A stretch of DNA of 62,773 nt, the filler included, from Sphaeroforma arctica JP610 (Eukaryota), in assembly GCF_001186125.1 (NCBI RefSeq). It is 5 parts of 2 records of this genome, joined end to end, with 100 filler letters (N's around TTAATTAATTAA, not from the genome) between each part and the next. Parts side by side here need not be neighbours in the genome. Positions count along the whole stretch, not along the records: positions 1 to 16,249 come from NW_014040539.1; 4 more parts are not named here. The stretch is one strand, 5' to 3'. This document shows, piece after piece, positions 1-12,600 of the stretch. A program made the translations under genes and the position numbers. Within the stretch, counting starts at the first letter, position 1, and every line of letters starts with the position of its first letter. A model generated the notes under the pieces. It ran no database searches. It was not told where the DNA came from and saw only the letters and a program-made list of their open reading frames with translations.

Positions 1-57
1 GGGTCGCACTTACTGTTCAAATGCGCAAGCAGATATGAAAATAGGCGTAAAATGGTC

Positions 58-130
58 TGGAGAATGAGAGAATTGAACTCCCGACTTCGTGCATGCTAAG
101 CACGCACTCTACCAACTGAGTTAATTCCCA
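58..130 (-). tRNA. tRNA-Ala (anticodon AGC), 73 nt, with U1xC72 mismatch
   Basis: Reverse complement UGGGAAUUAACUCAGUUGGUAGAGUGCGUGCUUAGCAUGCACGAAGUCGGGAGUUCAAUUCUCUCAUUCUCCA folds as a full cloverleaf. G3:U70 and A73 Ala identity elements are present, anticodon stem CGUGC/GCACG is perfect, A and B boxes are intact, and a TTTT run lies just downstream. Confidence 0.9.
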
Positions 131-732
131 GATATCTTTCTTTATTTGATTTTATTATTGATAATGATATAACCTAAGATAATTACAGTACAATCATCTT
201 TTTTCGTGATCTGAGTTTTCCCTCTTAACGGCTCGTCAAGATGGTTCCAAATCAGCAATTGCGCTTAAAGACCGACTATTAATTGAACTTATGAATACAA
301 ACCTATGCTAACTAAGTGAATTCGTGTGACACTCGCGGCGATCTAGATTGATACAACTATCAAAAGACTTGTAGTTTAGTCTATTGTGCAGTTCCACACA
401 GTAATTCTCAGCATATGCTTCACCCGTTTTAGTTGAAATCGTGATTCAATAATTCTGATTCCTTGCAAGTTTACTTCAAATTATTGATGTATGATATTCT
501 TCACTATCCTATTCGCTCCCAGCATTCCATCATCGAGCTTTATACGTGTTTGCCGTTTTTCATCGAAAATATAGCTTCTACCTGGACTGAGTATACGTCT
601 TTAAAATTTTAGAGTTTAGCGTTTTGGTGCGAACTTGTGTACCATTTTGTACTATAAATTATAAGAGATAAGGATTTGTACATATAGCTATACATGTACA
701 TAAGTTGCGCATGTACATAGAACGATTACAGC

Positions 733-1790
733 ATGGGTGCTGCAGGTCTGAAACCATTAATAGATCCTTTACTAGTAATAGTGCCAGCCACTTGCTTCTC
801 AGGAATTGTGGCTATAGACGCAAGCTTACTTATCTATACGCACGCACAACAACATGCATAAGAGACCATGCTATAACGTAGCTGTATTAACTTTCTTCAG
901 GATTGTACTTCTTCGTTACTCAAGATACAAAGTGCTGACCATGGGAAGGTAGCAGTGCTTATAGTCTTCAATGGCTTTCAGAGTTGGGGAGGAGCTGACT
1001 AACGCTTCATGGTCAGACAGACGTGGAACACTTGCAGCGGGTATATTTTTATAAGTCGGATTTTGTATGTAAGAAAGACTTCGATGAATGCACAACTTGT
1101 AGAGCCGCTGTATGCGCTTATAACTTTGAGTGTGTCTACTTTAATATTTATTTTATAGTAGCGCCAAATGAGGCTGAGCAGCAGATCCCTGCCATACAGT
1201 CTGAAGGTACATGCTATCGACTGGATAGTAGCATATGATATGAACTATATTGTTCTTGGCTGCAATACACTCGTGATTGACAATCGATGACGTGTTGGGT
1301 CAGCAGATATATTATTCAGATCGATGTGTACATCCGCTGCTGTACAGACAGTATTGGACGGACCTACAGGAAACCTCACATACAACAAAATAGTATTTCT
1401 AACTGCATCGTGTGCAATTGGCTTTAACAGTTTAAGACTTCGCGTTACATTGCTGATGTGACTGACTATTATAGTAACAGTGTGTTTATATAACCATGGC
1501 GTCTATGTTATATGTTGGAAGATTCGCCACAAAATGCTAGTGTGTTCAAAGACTTGCATATTCTGCACAAAGGCAACCAATCTCTCATATACACAGATTT
1601 GGTGAAAACCACTCAATCTAAGCTAATGTTCTTCGTACAATCGGTGTGTAGTACATTCGCTGAATGTGACGAGTGGAAGCTTGAATCGCTGCAGCTTACG
1701 TTTAAACAAATACACATGAAAACATCATCACCTATCTACGAGAAAACAAAGAATATATATGTAGTTGGGAACGAGGCATGTATGAGTTAA
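733..1790 (+). other. Possible small multi-exon gene of unknown function; may be decayed
   Basis: ATG at 733 (MGAAGLKPLIDPLL) followed by several short AG...GT-bounded open segments (about 901-948, 1017-1040, 1159-1207, 1598-1790). I could not resolve a complete phase-consistent model. Confidence 0.25.
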
Positions 1791-4700
1791 CTGTATTCCC
1801 GTAAGATGTAGTTCGAAGCGGCAAGTTAGGTTTAGCACCGCTGCTATGTTAGAGCATCGATTTTGAAGAATATAATAAACTTTTGCGGCATGGAACAAGG
1901 ATAAAGACAGTTCGCACGTGAGCATAAACAGTGATACCAAAGGTTTACAAATCAAACGTTATGATGGTAGACTACCCAAGGTACAACATGCTAGCCCGAA
2001 AGGCTGCCATGAATATCTAAAAAGGGACGTACGTTGAATTTTTCTTTCCATACCAACAGAACATGATCAACAGGTGACTATCTCCACAGAACTAGTGAAC
2101 CAATATTTTGGCACCACTGAGTATATATAAAGTGCTGGTGAGCAGCAAACTCGAAGGCTTCTAAATATAGCTTGGACGAGGAGGAAAAAAAAGAAGATGC
2201 AGTTGATGTGCGTTAAAAGCGAGGTTTCAGGATATATACATCAAGGGATATTGACTGTGATTTGTGTACTTGTTGTTGGAAAAGATCCGTATACTGGCGA
2301 CAGGGCGGTGTCGACTGTTGGCGATTGTTTCTGATGGTCTGATAGTAGCTAAGCTAAGGAGCTTAGTCCTTGGACTGCGTGTGTGTAAGAGCGGTCTGGA
2401 ACGAGTGGTAGGATTAGAATCTACTGGGTCCATCGACGGGGTTAATACTTGGAATATTTTATTATTATAAAAAACTGGTGAATTCCAATCAACCTTTTAT
2501 AGAGTTGATATAAGGCTATAAGAGATGAGTAGATATTTGCTATGTGCACAAGTTCGCAAGTAGTACAATCCTCTCTCTTATATACATAGAAAAGCCCTGC
2601 GTCTACCGCCATCACAAGAAACGAAGCTGCTTCTTAGAGATTGTGTAGCAAAAAGGGTTAGGAAAAGGGGTCGAAGCTTAATTTTGATAGGGTACATGAT
2701 TCGCCATCAATAGATTCAGACTACTTTAAATAAAGAAAATTTATGATATCGCTGATAAAGACAGCTGTAATTTCTGGCTCTATATGTGTAAAGTCTCGAG
2801 TCTACATCGCTGGCCTTGTTTTGCCTCCAGTCAGTGATCAGCGCTATAAAATTCATGAGGCCCCTTTAGCTACCTGTATTTCATGATTAGCTATGTCAAA
2901 ATCGCAAAGCGATATGACACGACAATGTAGCGAGTTAATAACAGAATATCATCGAAACTCTTTCATGTTACGTTCCATTTTAGTTTGCCCCCACTCGATG
3001 GATATGTCGTCCGTTGCGCGTTGTTGTGAGCATGCGAGTCGACCATTATTCTTCTTCATTAGTGTGCAGACCTATGACAGGAGACGTTCAAGTTCATACC
3101 TATCAGTAAGCCCTTTAACGTATAACAGGAGACGTTCGAGTTCATAACTATCAGTAAGCCCTTTAACGTACAAGTCGCTTACACTACTTCATCTGTTACT
3201 TTACAAATGTATATAATTTTACTACTTCCTAGTGAATTGTTATATAATCTGTTGTCTTTGGGTGCACCACACTACCCTTTTGATATATCACATACATACG
3301 TATTTCTACAGCAGATACCGTTGTTTTTGATAGGCGTACAATTTTTGTACTCACTAAAAGTAGCGGAATACAAGTTGTTGGACACACATGCAGGTGACTC
3401 AATCTATCTCTCGATACAATCGCCAATATATAATGCAACATTGTCGTGTAGGTTGATTGCTGATTTCGTATGATGTGGTGTACAGTTTGCTGCTTGCTCT
3501 GTGATAGGCAAGGTTTGTCCAACTTGAAATATCTTATAAATAGTAACTGTATATGTAATGTAGTAACGTCGTACCGTGTACGTCGAAGTGAGCACCTGCG
3601 ATAGACATACTATAGCGACTATCCGTATGTACTACCATGAACAATATAGTTATTCCCACACAGAAACTCTTTGTGAGCCCTTGCGTGTAGTGTCCATATT
3701 TGTTTATTTGTCTATTTCGTCATCCGATACACGCTTTCTGACTTATTCATTCCATAGTTTGAGCTCCGCTAACCCCCTTCTATAGTTCAGATACTCGAGC
3801 AGCAAACATAGTACTGTTAAATTTGGCTTCCTTCTATGTGTAGTACAGAATGCAGGTATTATAACTTCTTAAAGAAAAGAGGAAGCACCTATACCACTGT
3901 ATTCCCCAAGCGTTTGTTTCTCCCTGTTCCTTCTGCCCACTTTCGATCTGCGTGTAAATTTTATTTCTTTTGTATTAATATGTCACTAGCTCTAGAAGGT
4001 GACATAAGGACGCTTTTTATTTTCGTCTTCCCTCTGTTAGTAGCAATAATGTAATGCGCACGTGAAACGAGACTTCCTATAGCCTTACGTTCAGTTGGGC
4101 CTGCTCGAGTGCCTAGAGTCTGAGCAAATTGAACACGGAACAGAGGTACAGCATCGCTTTGAGTATAACATTCTTACCCGTGTCCATGTATTGGTCGTTT
4201 ATAAAGTGTCAACTATATATAAACAGATTGCAATTACCAGTCGCGTATTCCATTTGTTTATTGTACCGCTTAACACGTTTAGTGTCTATCACGACTTCCC
4301 TATTGGATGCCTTAATATGTTTCGTATGACGCGATAGCTCGTGTCCATCTTTAAATTTAATGATATCGCTACATTTACTCTTATCACGAGTACATATGCA
4401 CTTAATTACACTTTACACCTCCTGTGATCATGATTAATTTCGTAACATTATCTAATTGGTAGTCTTTCTCTCTTTGAAACTAATTATGGTATTTCACCTG
4501 GGTTCGCGCCTATACTATAGTCGCCCTTAAAATCAAGGTCACTTCGCCTTAAGTGCTTGGGGTTAACAGGCGCATGTGTTTTTTCCCTTCCCCTATGGCT
4601 GCCAAGTATAGCATGTACAGTATCTGGTGTAGCTGAATTTTGTAGTTCAAATAGCCAGCATCTAGCATCAGCATCTGATTTCTTTACATGAAATTATAAA

Positions 4701-7700
4701 TTACGACTACCAGGATTAATACAGTCTCTAACACCACATACACGCATATATGTGTGATTAACCTTCTTCATAGCGACATCTACAAGCCTAAAGAAGCACA
4801 CTTAACCACCATACTTGCTTATTGTACGTTGAAACAATTCACAGCTACAACAATCACCCAGCATAACTACTCTTATGAGTGACATATCATAATTTGTGTT
4901 ACATTTTGAACGTCCGATTTAAATGCTATCCGCCATATTCAGCGATTGTTTGGCTCGAAACAAGCTACACCGTAGTTACAACTTCAACACTTGTATTTCA
5001 ACTGGGCCCGAAGGAAATGCTGATGTTGCTGTTTTAGTATAAAATCATAGTCGGCTATATTGTTCAATCTCAGCCAACCAACCCCAACCCAAGGTACGAG
5101 GTATATACAATACCTGTGCAGGTATCTACGATGTCTATGCAGGTATATACAATACCTACCAGTCACTCGACTGTAGTCTGAAGGTCTTACTCTTTCTGAA
5201 TATATGTTGATTCAGCTTTTGAAGGCAGCGGACAGCCGATCTTGAAAAGCGGATCGATGTGTATTACTCCCACGATGATAATTTTAGAGACGATGTTCGA
5301 TACACAACTGGCCAATATAAAGGAATCGAGTAGAGATTGTTGCCACTCGTGAGGAGGCTCGTAATATAGCATGAATCATGTGTGTAGCTGACTTCATAAC
5401 CCCGGTACTCGTTTTTTGTAACCTGATATCGATAAGAGTCAAGTACGCACTCTTGACTCTTGTACACTCTGTATCCTTGTTCCTTACTACATACGAAACG
5501 CTATGGGTGATGTTCTAGGTTATATAACATACTTTAAAGTCATGAAGAAAATATCGCAATACTATGGGCAATAACTGCTGTTCATAGTTTGAGTGATTGT
5601 GCATTTTAATGTCATCAGACACCGACTGCCATGATACTATAAGGCATCAAGTCAACTTGTCATACATTATAATATGATAATAGTTCGGATATGGCCATAC
5701 AAAACAATTGCCCTCTTCTCAAGTACCTTTCCATCAGATAGTTGTAATATCTCCTGGTATGAGAAAAGCGCACATCGTCTATATAATAAAACCCTAATAA
5801 TAGTGATACAGACAATAGCCCTCTCTCAAGCACATTTCCATCAGACAATTAAAAATACCCCCTGGTACGAGAAAACTACACAATGTCTTTACTTGTGAGT
5901 GCATTTTCTAATTCTGTAGAGTATGGTGAATAGCTTGAAGGTACGAGTCAAAGGATACACTAAACCTCTCTCAACTACGGTTACCTCAGCTAGGAAAAGT
6001 CCTTCGTCTGAGAGAACCGAACTGAGTATTTATTTGTGTTTTCTAATTCACTAGACGCATATTTATACTTGAGTGTTTCTCACACACGCAGAGTCCTGTT
6101 ATAGCTTACCGGTTCTACCGTTAATATTATGATGACTCCAATATCATATATGTTTGAATCTTGATTCCAAATATTTGATGATTCTGAGGTTTTTGGGTTA
6201 TATACTGGCTTTGTGATAATCTGGTCCCTAGATGCTACAATTCGATAAACTATCACTTGAGTGTTTCTCTCACTAGAGAATACAGTATGTGACTGGTGTT
6301 CCCTCCATATTTCTGATAAATTAAACATCAATATTCTTATTTTGGTTTCTGGACCCGGGATTTTGAAATATTTGGTTTTGGGTTCTGGTTTTGGCCTTTC
6401 GGCGTTTGTCATATCGAGTACTCAGATGGTACACATATTGCACGGGCAACGCTATATTTCATACTTTACTTGACGACGATACACATACTACTCAGTTGGT
6501 TCAACCACTTGTTGTTCGATTGCGGTATTTCGTTAGCAGGCCCTCTGTCGTGTCTCAGTGCTCAAACATCGTCGTTGCCGTCTTCGTGGACTCTGTTGAG
6601 TTGAAGGGGCTTGCAAAAGTGAGTACTGGCATAGGGGATCTCGAGGTAAACTGACTATTTTTGTGTATCTTATTTTTGTGTTTTTTTTTGTATGTTGAAG
6701 ACATATAGTGATAGAGATTTGCCTGTACACACAAGTATATAGATTGTTTGTTTCATACATAGGCAAGTGACTACGATTATATATTTTCTATACGTGTGTA
6801 ACTCCCGTTTGGTGTTAAGAGTACAAAAACATTCAAAAATGCACACTATGATGTCGAGTAGGATTGTCGTTCCTTATTAAAATACAGAAAGTAATCATAC
6901 AGGAAAGCCCTCGAACTTGATGATTAAATTTCGTTCAAGTCGGAAATATGGCATTGATATTTTTTCTAACGAAATGTACAATCATATTGGTGTCGGATGC
7001 AAGCAATTTGAAATAAAACCCCTATGCTCTAAGCATATTGCGTCGACACGCATCAACGCGTTTAGTATCGACACGTTACGATAGGGCAACGAAAAAAAAA
7101 TACATATTTGTAGCTATTTAGGATCTAATAATTTATTCACGAAGAATATTTCACAGCTCATTAATGTTCTATCGTATTATTTTAATCAAATGCGCAATTC
7201 AAAATCCCATGCTTTCGCTAGCATAGGGCATTAATGTCTCAAGTAGCTCATAAATCAAGCGTCGTGGTGTAGTCAATTCGCTCCATAACAGACGGGAAGC
7301 AACATAATAGGCATGCTGTTTAGCATCACTGTTGTGGCTGAGTATTTACTGGAACGACATGAATAACACTTTGCTGTGATATGAATCGTGTTGGTGCATT
7401 GAGATCATGTCGTCACATGCATCTTCTTGAAAAACAATTATTTTCGCTGCCTTGCAAGGCCGATAGTGCATTGCATGTCACTTCTATAGTTGCCGAGCAC
7501 GGCGTGTTTATTAAGATCAAATAATTTCTTTGCATCGATCCAATGGGTAAATATACACAAAAGTCACAATCTTGATCTTTAGTAAGCAGCATCAAAACAA
7601 CACAAAAAAATCCTCAATTTAATTTGTGCTTATACGCCTCGATGAACTTGGCGGTGTGGTCATACGGTGGAAGTATGCCTCCGCATTCAATTTATTCAAT

Positions 7701-7783
7701 ACACCGACCCTCTGTATAATCGTGTCTGTTACGATCATATAACTTACTTTGAATATACGGGAACAAAAACCATACCATTATTT

Positions 7784-7980
7784 TGAGAGACTACAAATTT
7801 TACAGCAAGAAAATCTCTTCGATGTACTGAAATCATGAGATTAAGCTCACTCTCGAGAGCTACTATACTTTCTTTAACATCCCTGACTCCTGAGTCTGGA
7901 TTGAGTTAACTCTGATGATTTGTATAAATCAAAGCAATTTTCTTGCTATAAAATTTGGTCTGGGGCACATTGTCTTTCAT
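7784..7980. repeat. Foldback arrangement of two inverted copies of a ~105-120 bp dispersed repeat (MITE-like)
   Basis: 7795-7814 AAATTTTACAGCAAGAAAAT pairs 19/20 with 7937-7956. Both arms resemble the copies at 8722-8950 and 11555-11650. Confidence 0.7.
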
Positions 7981-8721
7981 ATTCATTCTATCCGGTTAAG
8001 TAAATTAGTCTAATATCGGGTTTTATCGCGATTGTATATGTCGATTGTACTGCCTCTTTCACTTAAGCATACCATACAGTGAAGCTACAAAGCGGTTTTA
8101 TTCAGTATGTAGTATTACATGTGAAAGCGATCCTTCCCTCTCCTATCATGGGCGAATGTTTCGGACCGTTTAACTACACATTATACAGCAATATTTAGAC
8201 TGTGGCTAAAAAGCGTTAAATATAGTCTACAAATACTACCGGCAATCTAAAGCACAAATCAAATTATAAGTGGTCTAGTGATATCGAATTGAGTCCGGTT
8301 ACTGTGGTCGCTTTTTAATTCATGAGCATATGTACAGCCACTATCAGGTGTGGTTCCTTCAGCTTAATACTTTTGTTAGAGTGTAATGTAGTAGACTTTA
8401 AATAAAGTGCAAATGTATATATTTATTTTTGACCTCACCTTTAGTTATATACCTAAGGTGTTTGTACTAGTGTTCAGCCACTTGGGCTGGCCAGAGTAAA
8501 AGCTCATAGGGCCAGTATTAGAAACCTTCTGCAGAACATTTTAAAACTTCGATGCTATTCTACTTCGACTTCTCTGCAACTAAATCTCACGCTGATCACA
8601 TGATGCCTTTCCGCATAGGTTGTGACTCGCATACAGACGCAGTTGTTTAGAATGTTGCGGTTGAGAAAATTAATCTGCTCTCGGAAGTCTGTTAAGTACT
8701 AACTCAACTCTCCAGAGCAAG

Positions 8722-8950
8722 TTAAGCAATTTGATTAGCTCTCGGGAGTGAGCCATATCTGATGATTTCTATAAATACAAGAGGACTTCTTGATGTGAAA
8801 TCTGGTCTGAGACCTGTAGTCTCTCACCGACTCTAGGGAGTATGTTAAGCAACTTGATTAACTCTCGGGAGTGAGCTAACTGTGATGATTTCTATAAATC
8901 AAAGAGAGCTTCGGGCTGGAAAACCTGGTCTAAGATATGTAGTTTCTCAC
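8722..8950 (+). repeat. Two tandem copies (123-bp period) of the same dispersed repeat
   Basis: TTAAGCAA.TTGATTA.CTCTCGGGAGTGAGC...TGATGATTTCTATAAAT...CTGGTCT.AGA...GTAGT.TCTCAC at 8722-8826 and 8845-8950. Confidence 0.8.
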
Positions 8951-9367
8951 ATTGAGCTTGCTTTTTTCGATAGAAGCAGAAGGTGTGCATGGCTTGATAA
9001 TCTAGCTGTTAAACCACACGGGATCCCATACGTAGAATTGGAATATGTATCACATACAGTTGACTTAGTTAGGAAAAAGCACGTGTTCAGACCAATTTCC
9101 TTGCATACTACATTTCTACGTGTGAACCATGCAAAGATCCTACATAAGTCATTAAATTCCCACATCAAAATTTTATTATCAGAGCGGGCCATTTTTATGT
9201 ATTCGAGTATCGCGAATCGAGTTCTAGGTGCTTCATAATATGTGAAAAATATAAATGAAAAAAGATAGTTTATAAGAGAAAAATACAACCGTTTTATTCG
9301 AACCAGATGTTAAAAACAAAAATACAAAGCCAACGTTCTATGACAATTGTCAGTGTGTTAGTATAAA

Positions 9368-9432
9368 AGTGGGACATATTCGCTTTTCAAGTGGGGAATA
9401 TTCGCTTTCAAGTGGGGCATATTCGCTTTTCA
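9368..9432. repeat. Three 21-22 bp tandem repeats downstream of tRNA copy 2
   Basis: AAGTGGG..ATATTCGCTTT(T)C x3. Confidence 0.8.
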
Positions 9433-9520
9433 ACATATACATATGTACATGTAAATATACGTACATACATAAACATATACAAAATAAAACCATGCATAGA
9501 GCAACATATAGTAAAACTTC

Positions 9521-9593
9521 TGGAGAATGAGAGAATTGAACTCCCGACTTCGTGCATGCTAAGCACGCACTCTACCAACTGAGTTAATTCCCA
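9521..9593 (-). tRNA. tRNA-Ala (anticodon AGC), second identical copy
   Basis: 100% identical to 58-130, with identity extending to 9519-9595. TTTT lies downstream and AT-rich/TATA-like sequence upstream. Flanks are otherwise unrelated to copy 1. Confidence 0.9.
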
Positions 9594-10129
9594 GACGCAT
9601 TTGTTTATCTATAAAATTATATAAAGTCCACAACTATTTATCGTGTGCTTTTTTCCTGTCAACAGAATTTTGAACCTGGTCCTGCGAGAGGGGTTCATAA
9701 ATATTTCCCCCCAAAAATCTACATACTTCTACCAGAGATAAAATACTTGGCTTTATGAGACACTAAAGGCTGGAAACAGTTGTTTATTAAGGTTTTAACC
9801 TGCCTAACATATGATGACAGTGCCAGTTGTTAGGATCTCGATCTCACTTTGCTTTTCTAGTCTGTGCGATTTTATTCAAATCGAGTATGTAGATTACGGT
9901 CATTTCACCTATATACACCTCACATACGTGGAGCTAACAAAAAACAATACGGGGATCGATACAGCTATGTAATTGTTCGTCAGAAGCTGTGGTCACGAAT
10001 ACTAGGCACGGTTTTATCTTTTAAGTATTTAGGACATAAACCTAAGAAATCCGTAGGCAAATGTCAATTCACAAAAGTCATGGTTCAAATAATATTCATT
10101 TAATGTACAACGTCTTCCTCACAGACGAA

Positions 10130-11800
10130 AATTACTTTGCCATATTGTTGTCTTCACAACAGACGTGTCCTTAGAGAAGGGTGGCCACGGCTAAACCGTT
10201 GGCACACAAATAGAGAGAGTTCACAAAGAACAAGAAGGAAAAACGTTAAGGAAAACGTATGGAGCCGTGAGAACGACAGAGACGGTTCCACTATAGATGG
10301 TCAGGATACACACGAAGGTAAAGCAAAATGCATGCAAAAGAACAGGCGCACATGAGTGGGCTATCTATTAGAAAGGACGACAAGCAAAAGTAGGTATTGG
10401 GTCAGACAAGCTGTAAGTTTAAGTGTGACAGGTGGAGCAAGAAATTCTAGAATAACGTGTTGTGGCAGTAATACTATAATCGTCAACGAAAGGCATTGAG
10501 TTTCGTATATCAAAGCATGAACATGAGTTGAAGACATATGTGGGCTCTCTACAAGTAAGTAATAGTGGCTAACGAGTTCCATCTACACAATATGCTGCAC
10601 GCGAAATATGATTACACGTGGAAGTAGTTTACAGCGTAAGTGAGCATGACATGATCGTGGGTTAAAATACGCAAGATGGAATTGGTGTTCTAGTACAATT
10701 ATTATGTTTTGTACATGAAGTGACAGTGATGCTATCACCACTATACACGTCTGGGGTGGTATGTCGGGACATAGTTCACCGCAATAAGCGATTATCCCAG
10801 TTGGCGAGTGTAAGATTGTAAGATATCTCGTTCGACGTCCAACCAACGAGTAATACTCCACATGACAATAGAAGGTGTGACAGTAGTGACAGTAAAGCGT
10901 TAAAAATTGCAGCACATAGTGTGAACAACGCAAAACGAGTCGTGGACACAATGTTGTAGGTTGAGTAACATGGGAGAAGCTACCTCCAGATAGAGAGTAA
11001 GAGAACAACTACGATAGTAAATAGGGTGAGAGCTACTTCGGCTCTGAGTAAGCTGTAGTACTCGTCCCCAGGAACTACCATCGGATACTACTCGTCCTCG
11101 GAGCAAGTAGTATCATTAACTCCGAAACTACCCTGCACATCTTCTACATATTCCGTCAAAGTTCTCGCCAACAACATTTGTCGCCAGAGCAATCGGGCTG
11201 CCGCGATATCCATCAGCGAGGTCTGAAGCGTATGACTCATATACGGCAAGGCGTGGCCGACGCCATGGGTCTGAGGATGTAGTGCCTACAGCAGGAGAAA
11301 ATGGGTCCAGAGCAGAACAAGAAATCTTGCCACTCAATTCGATGGCCCACAAGGCACGGCTATAGCAAGGTGAAGGACTTGCACCTCCGAGTAATGTGAA
11401 CAATGAGGCATAGGCAAGGAAAAAGCAGTATCGGAACCCACCCGAAGAGGGTACCGACCAATATACGCTAAAGCCACGGGAAGTGGTAGTCACTCGTCTA
11501 ACGCAGAAATCATCATGCCAGAAACTTAGTCAATATCGGTAGTGAGATAAAAAAATTAATCAACTCTCGGGGTGCGTGAGAAAACTCGGGGATCTGAAGA
11601 TTTTAATATTTCTTGCTGTGAAATATAGTCTGAGACCTGTAGTCTTTCACGCACTGTCAGATATTCGAATCACCCGCTGACGGTTCATACGGATCATAAG
11701 GCGCTTGTTTCATACTGGTGCGAAAGCCGCATAGATATGGGAATTCTGTTCGGGGACGCTTTTTTGCACCGCGCAGTATTTACAAGAAGCTAGAAAATAC
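10130..11800 (+). mobile_element. Decayed Ty3/gypsy LTR retrotransposon fragments (protease-like and RNase H remnants)
   Basis: 11662-11718 translates YSNHPLTVHTDHKALVSYW, the gypsy RNase H TDHKAL motif. About 10640-10665 gives HDMIVG, similar to the retropepsin D-hydrophobic-hydrophobic-G motif. Many stops; no LTRs identified. Confidence 0.55.
11555..11650 (+). repeat. Further copy of the dispersed repeat, abutting the gypsy RNase H fragment
   Basis: TTCTTGCTGTGAAATATAGTCTGAGACCTGTAGTCTTTCAC closely matches 8786-8826. Confidence 0.7.
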
Positions 11801-11859
11801 AGCTTTCTGTAGAAAACACACAGGCGAACCAAATCTGACTGTATTACTATTTGGATATA

Positions 11860-12600
11860 GATTTGAAGCTATGAAACGTGAAGGTACGTAAACGCCTAGC
11901 AGATACGATAATTTTAGAGGATGCAAGTGATAGTGATGAAGAGGAGAACGAGGCCCATAAGGTAATCAGAGAACTCTCAGTGTGGACACAGTTTGTTTTA
12001 CATATGTTAATACCAACAGATTGTCGAGACAACAGGATATTGGTCGCATTCTTTGAAGTATACGAACTCACGGCTCAACGATACTACATCGCCTTTTCCA
12101 ATTCGATATTCTTTAAGGCACGTAAACCATTCCACAAAGAAAGCTTTGATTTGCAGAACAATGTCGCTCTCCAAATCGAGGACTACACTGAAAGAACGAT
12201 AGGATCCTCTATACGCGTATCCAATGAGTGATGTACTACTTTAAGTTATTATAGAAAATGTACCGCGATTAAGCACAATGCGATAGCATGTGGTGTTACC
12301 TATGTAGCGTCGACTTTCGTAAGAATAATACTTTTTCAGTGGTGCTGGTGGCCGAGATAGTTCAGTGTCTAAGATGGGCAAAGCGCTCTAAAAATTATTT
12401 ACTGTTTCTGTGAGTAGTCACGGCCAAGAGTCCATATCTACGCCGTGGTTCGGCAAAAGGGGTACTATGGCGCAGCCACTGATAACGGTATTTATGTGAA
12501 TGAGAGCTACAGAGGTGATGATGAGACGAGTAGCACTCAGAATTGCAACGGCATCGCCTGCCAAATCGAATACAACATATATGTTACCTGTACGAGTAAG
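11860..12600 (+). mobile_element. Possible decayed PIF/Harbinger-like transposase N-terminal region
   Basis: ORF 11878-12231 (acidic patch, then RYY...F..R.S spacing) and downstream LFSGAGGRDSSVSKMG loosely resemble Harbinger transposase N-termini. Stops and frameshifts are present. Recognised by eye only. Confidence 0.25.

Noticed and set aside
5434..5461. Perfect 10-bp hairpin AAGAGTCAAG/CTTGACTCTT
   Set aside because: Isolated, with no associated element or gene; chance is plausible.
7905..8910. Hammerhead ribozyme suggested by CTGATGA in the dispersed repeat
   Set aside because: No correctly placed GAAA core or stems I/III, and the motif is not conserved in all copies.
9391..9582. 63-aa ORF ending LENERIELPTSCMLSTHSTN
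   Set aside because: Antisense reading of the tRNA gene plus short repeats.
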